DNA of 64,000 bases from Eremomyces bilateralis CBS 781.70 (Eukaryota): NCBI GenBank assembly GCA_010015585.1, contig ML975151.1; one strand, written 5' to 3'. Below are positions 49,891 through 61,891 of this stretch, one piece after another. The notes beneath the pieces were generated by a model. The model searched no databases. It saw nothing but the letters and a program-made list of their open reading frames with translations, and had not been told where the DNA came from. A program made the translations under genes and the position numbers. Numbering within the stretch: the first letter of the stretch is position 1; each line of letters starts with the position of its first letter.

Positions 49891-52800
49891 CTATCTCGAC
49901 CAAAAGACAATTAGTCGGTCAAAATCGACCCCTTCTAGCTCTTCAAATGGTCTCTTATCTTCTGGCATGATGTCCTGAAATTTCTGTCGCGCCTCGCGAT
50001 AGAGCTTCAAGGCCTCTTTTTCCTCATTTTCTGCTCCCTTGACCTGACCTAGCTTTCGAAGAACTTTGCTCTTCCAGTACCTCGCGCGAGCCGCTTCGGC
50101 TGTGAACGCCGCGCTGGACAGATAGATCTGGATGGCTTTTTCAACAAGCGCTCTATTATTCCGAAGTTAGCCTTGTCATAGGCAGAGAATCGGGGAACTC
50201 ACAAAGCATGTTCTCCATCTTTCAGTCGCAAGAAATTGTCCGCGATTCGAATGTATGTGTCTGCAGTCCGATGGTGTCTACTTCCAAGAGTCTCTCGATA
50301 GTGGTCGAGCGCCCGCCCGTGATATTGCAAACTCTCATCGAACATCTCTAGAGACGCATACGCGTTCCCCAGGGCATATAAAAATCGCCCGGTACTGGAT
50401 TTGCAGTCAGAATCATCTCCCACACTAAGCATTTTCTTCTTACATGAACGATTCGCGATCATTATATCCAAACTTCCTTTCCCTCACGCTCAGACCTTCC
50501 AGGAGTACGTCGAGTGCTTCTGAATTGCGGCCGATTAACCAATAGACAAAGCCTAGGTTCACCAGCGGAAGTGATATCTGCCATTTCTCGAAGTTGTCCA
50601 ACTTCTCCATGCTGGATATTGACTTTTGAAAGCATTCCTCGCCTTTCTCGAAGTTATCTCGAAGCATGTAGGCACACCCAAGTTCGTTGAAAGAGAGCGC
50701 CAGTCGCATATCTTGCCCTGCAGGCCTATCGCCGAGCTCTTGGAGCATCATCTCATTGAACCTCGTCAGATGTTCCAGAGATTCCCTTCGCCAGTTGACT
50801 TCCACCGCCACGACACCTCTGTTGTGGAGAATTTCTGCCAGTGCATCCGCAACCTGTTGCTCAGATGGATTCTTATCGGCATTCACTAAGTCGAGGGGAT
50901 AAAATTGCTTCAGCTCCTCGCATATCTTTTGTGCAATGCTGCCGAACATATCCGACTCAGTGGTTTTTCCTCGCTCGTGGCAGTACCTGTCCTGTTAGGC
51001 CGGATTGATCTAAATCTGCACGGTGACTTACCACCCGCAGTCGCATACTAGTCGCGCATACGCAAATGCTCCATGGAGATCGTCCATTCTCGTATTGTGT
51101 TTGGACGCAAATCCTCGAAGGGTCATAACATGAGGCAGTAACTGGGATTTCGTTAGTATATCGCGGAGCAATTCCGTCTGCGGTCCGTAGATCAGGACAA
51201 TACCTCCTCGCATTGATCCCACCTGGAAGTCCCGTGTCTCCATGTGAATTCGCGGAAGGGCCTATGGATATGTGAGCTAGTGTTGTCACCATTACACTGT
51301 AATTTACTGACCATTTTGATGATATTAGCGTAACACACGCGTTGAATACAGCTCGATAGTAGTCAGGTTCCATCTGTTTCCTTGCTGCATCCTGGACAAT
51401 CCTATGCATTAATAACGATTCAGGTATCTTATTCTTTACCACTAGAGAGTATTTGAACAATTGCTGAACAGAACTACGGAGGGCCTGCTCTGTTGAGGGA
51501 TATCCTGGCAGACGGAAGCCGGTTGACGGGGCTTTTAGTATGTCCAGCGGAATATGATCCGGATCCAACATCGAAAGGACGTCAAGGAGAGGTCGAGAGT
51601 GGCTGATGCTATCAAAAGCGGATTCCAGGAACGAGTGTTCTTCATTGTCAATGAACCTGACCACTGGATTAATGTTCCGGCGACGTTTCGCACTTCGGCC
51701 GTGATCCTGAATCAGAAATTCTGCAAAGGATATGTTTTGCTCGACAATCCCGCCCGTCAAGTATTTCAAAGCTAGTGGATATCCTTTTACTTTGTCAGAT
51801 ATGAGTCTTGCGCACTGACGTTCTTCCTCTGACATATCCCTTTGAGCTAATATGCCGATGAAGTCCACTGCCTCTTCAGGAGTGAAAGGTTGCAGCGTGC
51901 CAGAAGGATATGTCGCGGCGTTCCATAACGTGTTTCTTCGACTAGTAATGAGGATGGACCCCGTTTCTCCCTTGGCTGGCCAGAATTCATCCAAGATCTT
52001 TGGGTCAATTACATGGTCAAGAATCAGCAACCAGGACGCTCGACTTTGGGCCGAAGTGGAGGCAAAAGTCCGTACAGGATTCTCTAACCAAGTTTTGAAC
52101 AAATCTCTGGTTAAAATCTGGTCATCTGAGTCAGCAGAGGCTTCGTCCACTAAGCCAAGCTGCTTCGTTATCTTGTTGACGTCTTCGATGATTTTCGACC
52201 GCTCATCTGCGTGTATCCAGAACACTGCGTCGAAACAATGCATATGAAGGTGCACAAATTCGATAACAACTTGCGTCTTGCCAATTCCAGCAGGGCCAAG
52301 GATAGAAAAGCTTTTGATATTGTTCGTTCCCTTTCCGACCTCATCATTAGCAGGCTCTTGGGGAAGAAGAGCATCTCGCAGGTCATCAAGAGTGGCTTTT
52401 CTGCCAAAGAAATCCGTATTTCTCGACAACGGCATATAGACGCACGGTAAGACAGTTTTCTTTGCAGCTCCTCCCGCTCCAAATACCATCTCGATGTTGC
52501 GTCTCCGGATAAATGGCTTGAGAACAGGATCAGTGGCATGGTCGTTGTATTCCGTAGAGAGGGCAAATTGCCATTCTTCAAGTGAGTTAGACTCATCTGG
52601 GGCGATGTCTGGATCGAAGAAAGAAATATCTCCGGCGTCAAGGAATTCTTTTTTCCGCCTGGCTACTTGTTTGTAGTCTTCATTTGAGCCACTACTGAGC
52701 GTACTTTCTGTATTCGAGGATGAGGCCTTGTCGCTCGGAATTTGGTCATTGAATTCGTCCAACCAAGGGAGTGAGTATGAGGCAACGTCTTGCAAATGCC

Positions 52801-54443
52801 ATGCAATATGTTTTTGCATTGCCAGTCCAACAGCGGTAGTGGTGGATGCGGCTCCCGCAGAACCTCGACGGGCAAAAGAGAATTTGGGAATCCCGGGTAA
52901 TGCTTCCCCTGAGATGGCGCAGAACGGGCACGATTTAAAGGGATTTGGGTCGGCAATTGCAGCCTGTCTCGCCAGAGTCGGTATTTGTGTTTCTTTAAAC
53001 TGCCCTTCCTTCATATGCGTTTCCCTAACATGGGCGGCATATGCACTCTCCGAGGTCAAGACTACGGTCTTCGGTCCCTGAGAGTGACCTGGGAGGCGGC
53101 AGGACCATCGTGTCGCGTGTATCTGCATATGTTTCATCCAAGTTGTTTGTTCCCGAAATGTCTTGGTAGATTCTGCACAGTTCTCGAACAAGCAGATGTA
53201 CGGTTCTAGGTCTTTGATGAGGTGTTGCCTACGACCAATTCAGCACAATTCCTCCTAACACGCCTTCGAAGACGAAGATCCCGGTCGCGAGAGGATGACA
53301 AAACTCACTTCCAATGCCCCTTTGCCAACATCCTTGTGGAGGTTAGCTGACAGCAATATGGACACTCGAATTCGGCGCGGGACTCAGGAATGTATGGAGG
53401 CGGTGGAAACCGCGATCGACCAAAGACACTTCCCACAGATGTGCCGCCTATTGAGGTTGAAGCCTTGGAGGATGTGTCGGGCTGAAATTTGGACTCGACA
53501 AAACTTGACGCCTTTGCCACTGACTCCTCCATGGCACTTCCTGGCTTGTCTTCAATCATGGGGGGTTCCTCAGAGATTATAGACGTCTGCTGGAGCGGTG
53601 CTGCTGTCGAATGCGTCAATTGAACTTCTTGGAGCGGCAGAGACGACTTGCTCTTTGCAGAGCTTCGGCGTCTGCTACCTAAGACTTTCTGATGCTTCAT
53701 TCTGTATAGAAAGAGTCGCCTCCGTGAAGCGTTGACCTTAGCCAGTCGTTTCTGTAGAGACTCATCAGCATTTCTCCACTTGCTTTGGATCACTGCAAAG
53801 CAGAATTGCTCGAATGCTTCAATCTCATCATTTCCTTCTTCATTTCTCGGTCGGAAGTTAACAGCTTTTGAGGTCTGGCTAACTATGCTTCGTTGCCGGA
53901 TTGCCCTCGCAAGCCTGTTGAGACGACTAATTGCATTTCTAGAACGGTGGAAATCTTCATGTTGGTCTGCCAGGTCATCTTCTTCCGATGAAGTCGGTTC
54001 AGAATCTGGTAGAGATCTAGCCTCGGGCGGAACTTCGGTATGAGATTCCTTATAGGCCTTGTATGACGTATCGCAATCCCGATAATTGTTTCCTTCTACC
54101 TTAGTTAACGACGTAACCTTCTATTGATCGCATAGGCACGTAACTTACCTTTCATCAAGTTCTCTGGCAGTCGAACCAGGGAGCTGTGAAGAGCCAAAAG
54201 TTGGGATTTCACCAGTGACTGCACTTTCTCGCTCTCCCGAAGTCGATAGTCAAGAGAAGCATGGTGTTCTGCCTGGGCTCCAATGTGTGCCGCCCAAACT
54301 CCAAACCTAGCTCGTTCTTCTTCAAGTTTTTCCACCAAGTCATGGAACTTCACAGGCCAGGTTGCGACGAAATTTCGATCCAGTAAATTATCAAACGCAT
54401 CATCGCATGATTCCGCGATATCTCGAATACTGCGGTCGCTCAT
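49891..54443 (-). CDS. NLR-like STAND protein: N-terminal helical domain + C2H2-type zinc fingers + NB-ARC + TPR repeats
   Basis: RFGVWAAHIGA...SLDYRLR N-terminus; FECPYC and HLIKDLEPYICLFENC fingers; RNTDFFGR, P-loop GPAGIGKT, Walker B WLLILDHV and GYPLAL; TPR-like C-terminus ending LIVFWSR*. The frame breaks traced are explained by GT-AG introns. Confidence 0.88.
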
Positions 54444-54925
54444 AGTTCCGTTGCGCTTCAGGTGGGATGTGTATTGATGGAAGAAGGTTCCAACATGAAT
54501 ACTATTTGAGAAGACGACGATCTGGCAAGCCTTATCGGTTACTTGGTCTTTCCATGCTCAAACCGGCTGAAAATCACACACAGTCCGAATCCACCTGAAG
54601 CAAGGCCACCAATCGCGAGACAAGACTGAACGAGCAAGGCGACAGCAACTTGACCGGTCAGGCTGGGCAAGGCTGTGCCAACAGCTCAATTATAGTCTAT
54701 TATCCTCAAATTGAGTTTGGAATGCTTCCCTAATGCTCTTTCTTCTACTCGATCTTGGAGCCAAGTCGGGAGGCTAAAACTATACTATCGAGTACCCGCT
54801 GCTTTGTCTGCGCATTATTCTGATTTTCTAAGAGTCAACGGTATCGATCTAGGTAGGCCAATACCGGATCGACTGGCACAAGCTTGCCAGAACTAGGCCT
54901 TGTCCAAAACCATAGCGAGATTGCA

Positions 54926-56811
54926 ATGTCTGGAGTGGAAGTAGCTAGTCTGGCACTGGCAGTGTTACCAGTGTTCATCTACGCTGCGGAGCACTTGAAA
55001 GGATACGGCATAAAACAAGAAGAGTTCTTGATGGACTTGAAGTTTGAAGTTGCCTTCTTGAACATGAACTTACAGACTGTCGTTAAAAGCCTGGCTGGAA
55101 TTCCCGATGAACGACGCCAGAGACTATTGTCGATACAAAATGCACAAGATATGGAAAATATATGGAGATCGGAGGACATTGTTCAAGCATTAAAGATCCG
55201 ACTGGACCCAGGCTTTGACTTGTTTCTCGACACCCTAAAGTCGATTCTTGAACATCTAGAAAAGCTTCTTGCTAACCTTTCAACTATGACCCATCCGAAA
55301 GATTCGGTAAGATCCCTAGTCTATGATTTGATCATCATACTGACAGTACAGCAGAAGGGACCCGAGGACTTGCGTTATACCTGTGCCAACCTTTACAAGC
55401 TTTGCGCTATCCCTCAGTCTGATTTGACCCGTTTCGACAAGATATTCGCGATACACAAGCATAGGAGAAATAACCGTATTCTCGATACCATTCAGAAATA
55501 CAATGAGAAATTGGAGAGAATCATTCTGCGCTCATCTAGCAGTTGGTTTGAGCCAACATCTTCATCAGAACTTGGAAGACGGCGGAGTCGTCATCTCATC
55601 GAACTGCGACCTTTGCTGCGTACACTATATACCACTTTGGGAGGCCTGTGGCCCTGCGACTGTCCGCAACGGCATGAAGCCCGACTTTGTCTGCTTAAGT
55701 GTCGCGATTCCGAGGACACGGAACACGAATATGTTTATTTCGATTTCTTGATGTCGCTGCGTACTGAGGAAGCCAGCCAGTACTGTAAATGGGTGGAAGG
55801 AAAACTTCGTATTGAACTAGAGCAGTAAGCTTCTTCATTAATACCGAGAGACTCTCCTTGGTAACTAACCGTCGGCATCGTAGCACACTTCAAGAAGACT
55901 CTACACGCACTGTTCGTTTCCATCTTGACGACCAAGCTTCCATGCACAGCTCCACAGTGACAGAGTCACCAACATCACCTTCATCTTCTACCCCGCTCAT
56001 TCATAGTGGGCGGAGGCGATCAATACGGTTTGCACAGACGAAAATCGAGCAACTGTGCGAGATTCTGGCTCTTAGCTATCGCCATACAAACTCTCCTGAA
56101 ATCCTCTTCGATGGCTCTTCTCTCTGGCATGTCACCAGTAGGCGACCAGTACGGAGACAGAGTTTGAAGCAGAGGCTAGGTATGGATCAGCCGCTCATCG
56201 ACACATCACTTGCCATCCTTCTCAGTGGGGAGCGAAAGTTTAGTCTAAGGGACAAGAAAATCCTGTCGGTAACTCTTGCACACTCGTTGCTCCAATTCTG
56301 TGAAGGCCCTTGGCTCAGCAAAGAGTGGAGCAAAGAGCACATATCATTCCTTCACCAGGGGAAAGACGACCTCCTTGATCCGGATCTTCGGAGGCCGTAC
56401 GTCTCTACACTTTTCCTTGAGAATGAGATAGAAGAAACTCCAGACGAGCTGTATCGAACTCACCCAAATCCTAGCGTCCTTGCATTGGGTATCCTGCTTT
56501 TGGAGATCGAGTTTGACTCGACCATCGAAAGCAAGCGGCAAGCGGAGGACTATGGCGACGACGGGCGGCCCACTATCAATACAGACCTCTTTGCCGCATC
56601 CCGGTTGCTCAACGACGTCGAAGAGGACGTCTATATCAACCACAAGAATGCCGTTTCTGCTTGCCTTTATTGTAACTTTTATGATGGAGACGACTTTAGT
56701 CTGGACAATCCGGACTTTCGACAGGCTGTGTACGATAATATTGTAGCGCCCCTTGAAGATGAGCTGTATCACGCATATAAGCTAACATCTGATGATATTG
56801 GTTTAAATTGA
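54926..56811 (+). CDS. Uncharacterised fungal protein with HeLo/SesA-like N-terminal helix and conserved C-terminal domain (DUF7580-like)
   Basis: Starts MSGVEVASLALAVLPVFIYAAEH. Central LYTTLGGLWPCDCPQRHEARLCL. C-terminal LAHSLLQFCEGPWLSKEWSKEHISF and HPNPSVLALGILLLEI. Introns near 55307-55350 and 55825-55882. Confidence 0.75.
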
Positions 56812-57097
56812 GGCAAATGAAATCACATTGTTTCGTCTCGGCATGCATATACACTACACTGTTATCCGCACACTCGTAATTACACCAGTACGTTCGGGAC
56901 GGAGTATGGAGTAGCGTTAAGTACTACTGAAATTGTCTCCAAAAGGGAGTAAAATTTATCCATAGCTTTCAATTTCTGAAACTGATGACCTCCAACTCCT
57001 GATAACTTACTTCGTTCTTGAAGCTAGAGTGATTAACCTTTAGTTATACCTGTTCAGCACAGTATATGGACAGCATACTTTGAAATAACTGATATCA

Positions 57098-57540
57098 GTG
57101 ACAGGGAATACGCTGGTTTCTTTCCAGTCGAATATGAGCTTCAACTTTGGCGGCGTCCTTGGGATAAGCAAGAGAATTGGGACGAGCAGACCAATAGAGG
57201 AGCTAGATGTGAATGATGGGCAGAAGACTGCTACCGTGATATTAAGTGGGAATGACGATATTATTGACGCCCAAACTGTGCGACGGTACCTCACGACATC
57301 CTCATTGATCACATCCTCTGCACACGATAAGGCGATTAGGAAGGCAGGTAGAATAGAAGACGTGGAGATCAACTTTGTCAACGAAGCGGCAGGAACAAGC
57401 GCAGCCACGTTTGTGAGCGGATCCAGACACCATGTTATCTGGTTCGAACGCTTCCACCACACTCAAGCTTTTGAGTTTGAGAAAGCGAGGAAAGCTATGA
57501 TCAAAGTTATTAGAGCTAGTTATAGCATCCAAGGCCACGT
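57098..57540 (+). pseudogene. Possible C-terminal remnant of an alpha/beta-hydrolase-like gene
   Basis: TVILSGNDDIIDAQTVRRYL and VIWFERFHHTQAF resemble the Asp and His catalytic segments of fungal abhydrolases. There is no N-terminal part or nucleophile motif. Confidence 0.35.
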
Positions 57541-57743
57541 ATTCGCCTCCATAGAAGGAATTGGTCGGGGACACGTCAGGTTTTCGCTAATCAGTATCAG
57601 CCACACGGACTTGCTCGGTTATCTGCTCTGGGGGCTGAGTTCCGTCTTCATCTTTGCCACTTGTGAGCAAGGCGTATGGATGCCAAACATACCTGAAGAA
57701 ATGCAGATGCCTTCCGAAAGAATGATCATCCGCATATGGTACC

Positions 57744-58422
57744 TCATCGACCCTCGTTGTCTTCGTCCTTGCGCTTCTTCATCTCCTTGCGGGTTAACTC
57801 GACTTCTACTCTTCGTTTCTTGGGCGACACTCGGTCTTGGAGAGAATCGTCCTCTCGGTCAAAATACAGGGCCCAGTTCCCAGCGCTTTCTCTCACGGCC
57901 AAGAACCCCTCCCAGCCTTCCAATGTCACTCTTCGGTCCAGCTTCGTGCAATCCCACGGTCCGATTATGTGCTCCTGGGACTGGACCCGATCGCCATATT
58001 TGACTTCGTAGGTATCCTCATCGACATAGATCCAATTCAACTGCGGTGGATCATCCATGATTGTTGAGACCAGTCCCTCGCCTTGGCGGCCCCAGTTATG
58101 ATCGGGATACGGGAGGTAGTAGCCGGCGAACGGATGTGCTTCGTCTTCGACGTTGGGCGTGGCAAGGTACAGCTAGGATGAGCTGTTAGGTTGTGGTGAG
58201 TTCATCGCCTCTTCTTCTGCTCACCTTGTTGTTCTCTAGCACCACTGCAGCCCCGTTGACCACGCTGGCATAGCGAGAAGTAGCATCGCAATTTGCTACG
58301 AGGTTCGACTTGAGCCCTCGATGCTTTTCTCTCGCATTCTGCTTCTGCCCTTGCATGACCGCTTCGTTGGTCCCAACGATTGCGGGACATGCTGCTATGG
58401 AGGTAATGATTCCAAAGACCAT
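57744..58422 (-). CDS. Conserved-type fungal hypothetical protein
   Basis: MVFGIITSIAACPAIVGTNEAV...|LYL...HPFAGYYLPYPD...GEGLVSTIMDDPPQLNWIYVD...GPWDCT...LEGWEGFLAV...WALYFD. One intron near 58223-58173. Confidence 0.8.
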
Positions 58423-58501
58423 GATTATGGGTGATTATGGCTACGAGAAAATGAAAGTCTAGCAAAGCTCCTGTCGCATATGCGGACTGGGGAACTCTAG
58501 G

Positions 58502-58540
58502 GTCCACCGATTAAGTCCACCGATTAAGTCCACCGATTAC
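58502..58540. repeat. 13-bp tandem repeat x3 (GTCCACCGATTAA)
   Basis: gtccaccgattaa gtccaccgattaa gtccaccgattac in a divergent promoter region. Confidence 0.85.
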
Positions 58541-59153
58541 CGCTCATGCGCGATGCAGCCATGACAGATGCACCCATGACGTACTGAAGGCAGCGCATGG
58601 AGAAATCAGCAGAAGAGGAGTCACTGCTTGACGGTGGATCAAAACTTTAAAACATCGGACTCCGCGCCAGTAACTAATAACCTGTTTTCTTCTCTCCAAG
58701 GCGTGTCAAGTGTGTGGAATCGGGGTCAACTCCAGGGTCAATAATGAACCAAAACCCCAGGGCCTAGACCCCGACCTCGAAATAAACTTGATTCTCGGCG
58801 CCGCTTGCATGGATAACCCCTAACTAGTTAGTTAGTGGTTCCCGTTTCGGTTAAGTATGCCTCTACCTTCCAGCAACGTCATCGTGAGACTAGCCTTGGT
58901 TTTTATGTTGGTCGCATATCTATAGGTATAAGGTAACCGAATGACGCATATTCTTCTACTGAGAAACCAAACCTACTGCTTGACTTCTCGAGTTTCACTG
59001 ACCATTACACCAATCACAAACCGCGGCTATTAACCGCAAAAGATCCGATTCCGCCGTCTCCATGTCTCAAGAGTATGTCACAATTTAGCTCGCGATACGC
59101 ATTGACTAACAGATACATTCTCCAGAGACGCCAAAAAGGACCCCACCGAGGTG

Positions 59154-59598
59154 ATGGAGCGGACAGAATCAGAGGAAAGTCCTGTTCCCAGCTCGAAGGA
59201 GCGCACGAAGCAGCGCACGAAAGAGAGCACGAAAACCAGTCGGGCGCTCCAACGGCAGAAGCAAGCCTACGACGACGACGAAGACTCGGAATTGGAGGAG
59301 TTCTTGGCGCCGCCGCCGCGAAAGAACCGACGGATGATTCCGGTTCACCAGTCTCGAATTTCCGACCGGCCCATTAAGAAAGGCGCCGAAGATAGTAGTT
59401 TGAAGATTAAGATCGAGCTGGACTTGGAAGTTGAGGTAAGTAGTGTTCTACTGCCTGGCATTTCGTCCCCTCAAATCTTATGAAATACAGGTAGAGATTT
59501 ACGCTCGCGTCAAAGGAGATGTGACCATCGGGCTGATGTAATGGCAGCTCGAGCTCTATGCTAGGGTGAAGGGGGACGTCACCATCGGTTTACTGTAA
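59154..59598 (+). CDS. Small hydrophilic protein with C-terminal LKIKIELDLEVE..YARVKGDVTIGL motif and two alternative last exons
   Basis: Donor GTAAGT at 59436. Exon A spans 59491-59541 and exon B 59548-59598. The true start may be ATG 59062 if the A5 run at 59133-59137 carries one extra base. Confidence 0.75.
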
Positions 59599-59882
59599 GA
59601 GGTTAGTTGGTCATTTCGCTTTTGAACAGAGGAATAATATTCATTTTCAGGACCGAATGATTTGTGTTATTCGCTATCCCGGGGGTCACTCATTAGGCGG
59701 TTGTCATTTTGAAAGAGGGCATGGAGTATTGTAGAGAGATAGGGTTTCCAATTCAAGCAATTGTGTGAAGGATGTATCTAGCCACACGACTCAAAGCGAG
59801 TTCTGTGTTTGTTGCGAATAGCTTTATATTGTCTTAATTGTCGTAATTGAAAGTCTCGTTGCTACTTTCCCTATCTAGTGCA

Positions 59883-60248
59883 CTAATCTTCCTCCATCTC
59901 AGCCATCTCAAGCTCCAATTGCTGCTTCTTCAGCGCTCTCAGCTTCTTCTGCTTCTTGGCTTGAGCTTCCGCTTCGCTTCCCCCCTCCGATTTCTGAACC
60001 TGTTGCTTGCCTCCACCGGAACCGACAACCGGTAATCCGTCAGTTGTCTCTCCCACGGTCTTGAGAACTGGCGACGTCACTCCGCCTACGACAGGGAGAT
60101 CCTTGGTCGTATTATCTACGGTATCCAAAACGCTAAACATACGAAGTCAGTCGAAGTCAGTCGTAGAGGAGATGGAGATTTACCCTCCGAGAAGGCCACC
60201 GTTGCCGCCTTTCTTCCCGCCACCGCCACCTCCGAGTAGTCCTGCCAT
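59883..60248 (-). CDS. Small Gly/Val-rich protein
   Basis: MAGLLGGGGGGKKGGNGGLLGG|VLDTVDNTTKDLPVVGGVTSPVLKTVGETTDGLPVVG...KKQQLELEMAEMEED*. One intron (about 60183-60133). Confidence 0.75.
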
Positions 60249-60486
60249 GTTGATTCGTGCGTTTGCTAGTGGGGATGGTAGATGATTGTAGAGGCGATCT
60301 TTTGAGCTTTTGAGGATTCGATGGGAATGGATTGTTTCTTTTCCTTCCAAATAGATCCAGTGCAGTCCGGATTAGCTCGACACTTTTATATCCGAACGGC
60401 CGCCTCTGTGGGTTCGAGACTAGATACTTGTATGAGCGCATAAGGGGGCGCGGAATAAGGCCTGGCCTGCCACTAGGATATTCGGC

Positions 60487-60536
60487 TTTTCTCAATGACG
60501 TAGAAATCTTGGGATTTTCTCGATGACGTAGAAATC
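60487..60536. promoter_or_regulatory. Duplicated 22-bp element, each copy containing a CRE-like TGACGTA
   Basis: ttttctcaatgacgtagaaatc (60487-60508) and ttttctcgatgacgtagaaatc (60515-60536). Confidence 0.55.
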
Positions 60537-61891
60537 GAGATTGAGGAATCAGGGTCCAGGGATAGTAACTTACCCTTGCAACCATATGTCCGAGTCTCGA
60601 GTTCCGATCACAGGAGATCTGCATGGCCAGGCGCCAAGCCCAAATTATCACCTGTGACCAGACTGGCCAGATTGATCAGGAATCGATTATTGCAATCATA
60701 TCGATCATAGGTGGTCACAGATAGACGGCTACGGGAAGGCGGGGGAACCTGAGGTATATAAACAGGCAAGGTCGTCACTCCTTAGGCCTTGCGTTCAATT
60801 TTCCATACCCCGATACTATATCACAACACCAGCATCTTCGCTTCACTGCTTCCCCCTCTCTGTCCTGTAAAAAGGAGTACGGCGTCAATACGGAGATGTG
60901 GTTTTCAATCCCAGAATCTTAGGCCCCTGGGACAGCCCTACAGCAGACCCTGGTAGGAAATATTTTACCCGGACCAATCAGTGCTGGGCGATTGAATAGA
61001 GTAATTACCATAATCTTCCAAAAGTCAGTTGGCCAGAGAATGGAAACCAAACTTCTGTATTCTGTAAGTCACATATACAGTAGCTGACATCACCAGTTCT
61101 TGCCTTCGGTTCGCTGGACAACTGGCTCGGTTCTAGCCATTGTTCTGCAAACTTGGTGAACAATGTCAAACCTCGTCCAAGGAAACCAGGGACATCCCAG
61201 AGTCTCTTCACGCATTAGACCCAGAATGTGAGCCATCACCTTCGGGTTCTCTTACGGTACGTATGGTACAATACCAGCTGTGGATATAGCGCTGGTGGTT
61301 GGACGGATCGAAAATGTTTCACACCACAAACCAGGCCGAATCACACTTCCCCAGGTTAGAATCTGTCAGCTCGCTTCAGGATAAAGCAGTAGGGGAGGGA
61401 TTCCTACTATCAGTTCCAATGGCAATATCAAGCCAATCATATGCTGCAACGGCTGCGGCACTGCCTGAGTGCCTGAGCTGCTTCCACCAGGTGACCGATA
61501 CCCATCTGCTCGTGGATTCCACGGTGCTTGGAGATCAACGTACTCGATGGTCTTGTGTAAAAGCTACCGAGTTCAATATGAGCCTAAACCTTCCCTAGTG
61601 CATGAATCGAACTGAATTGGGTTGATCATTGGTTCTGAGCATAAAGGCGAGCTGGGTTCGCGGTGGGCCGCCTTGTTCGGGAGAAGGAGCCCAGGCGTGA
61701 GCTCCTGTTGTCGATCAGAACTCAGAGGTTAATAGGTTCTTGGTGCACGATGAGCTGCTCATGGATGAATAATATGAATCAGTGCTTCATTGCTGACGCC
61801 TCGAAGCGTCTTTCCAGCGCCATGCGAAAATTGCCGCTCAAACCCGCTGAAATGCACTCCACGATGCCACTAACTTAAATGCAGCTCATGC

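Noticed and set aside
50957..51310. Apparent frameshifts in the NLR gene
   Set aside because: Resolved by three short GT-AG introns giving W|PFREFTW...CEE|LLPHV...DCGW|YCHERG; the gene looks intact here.
58502..58540. Short direct repeats as a possible CRISPR-like array
   Set aside because: Head-to-tail 13-mers without spacers in a eukaryotic promoter.
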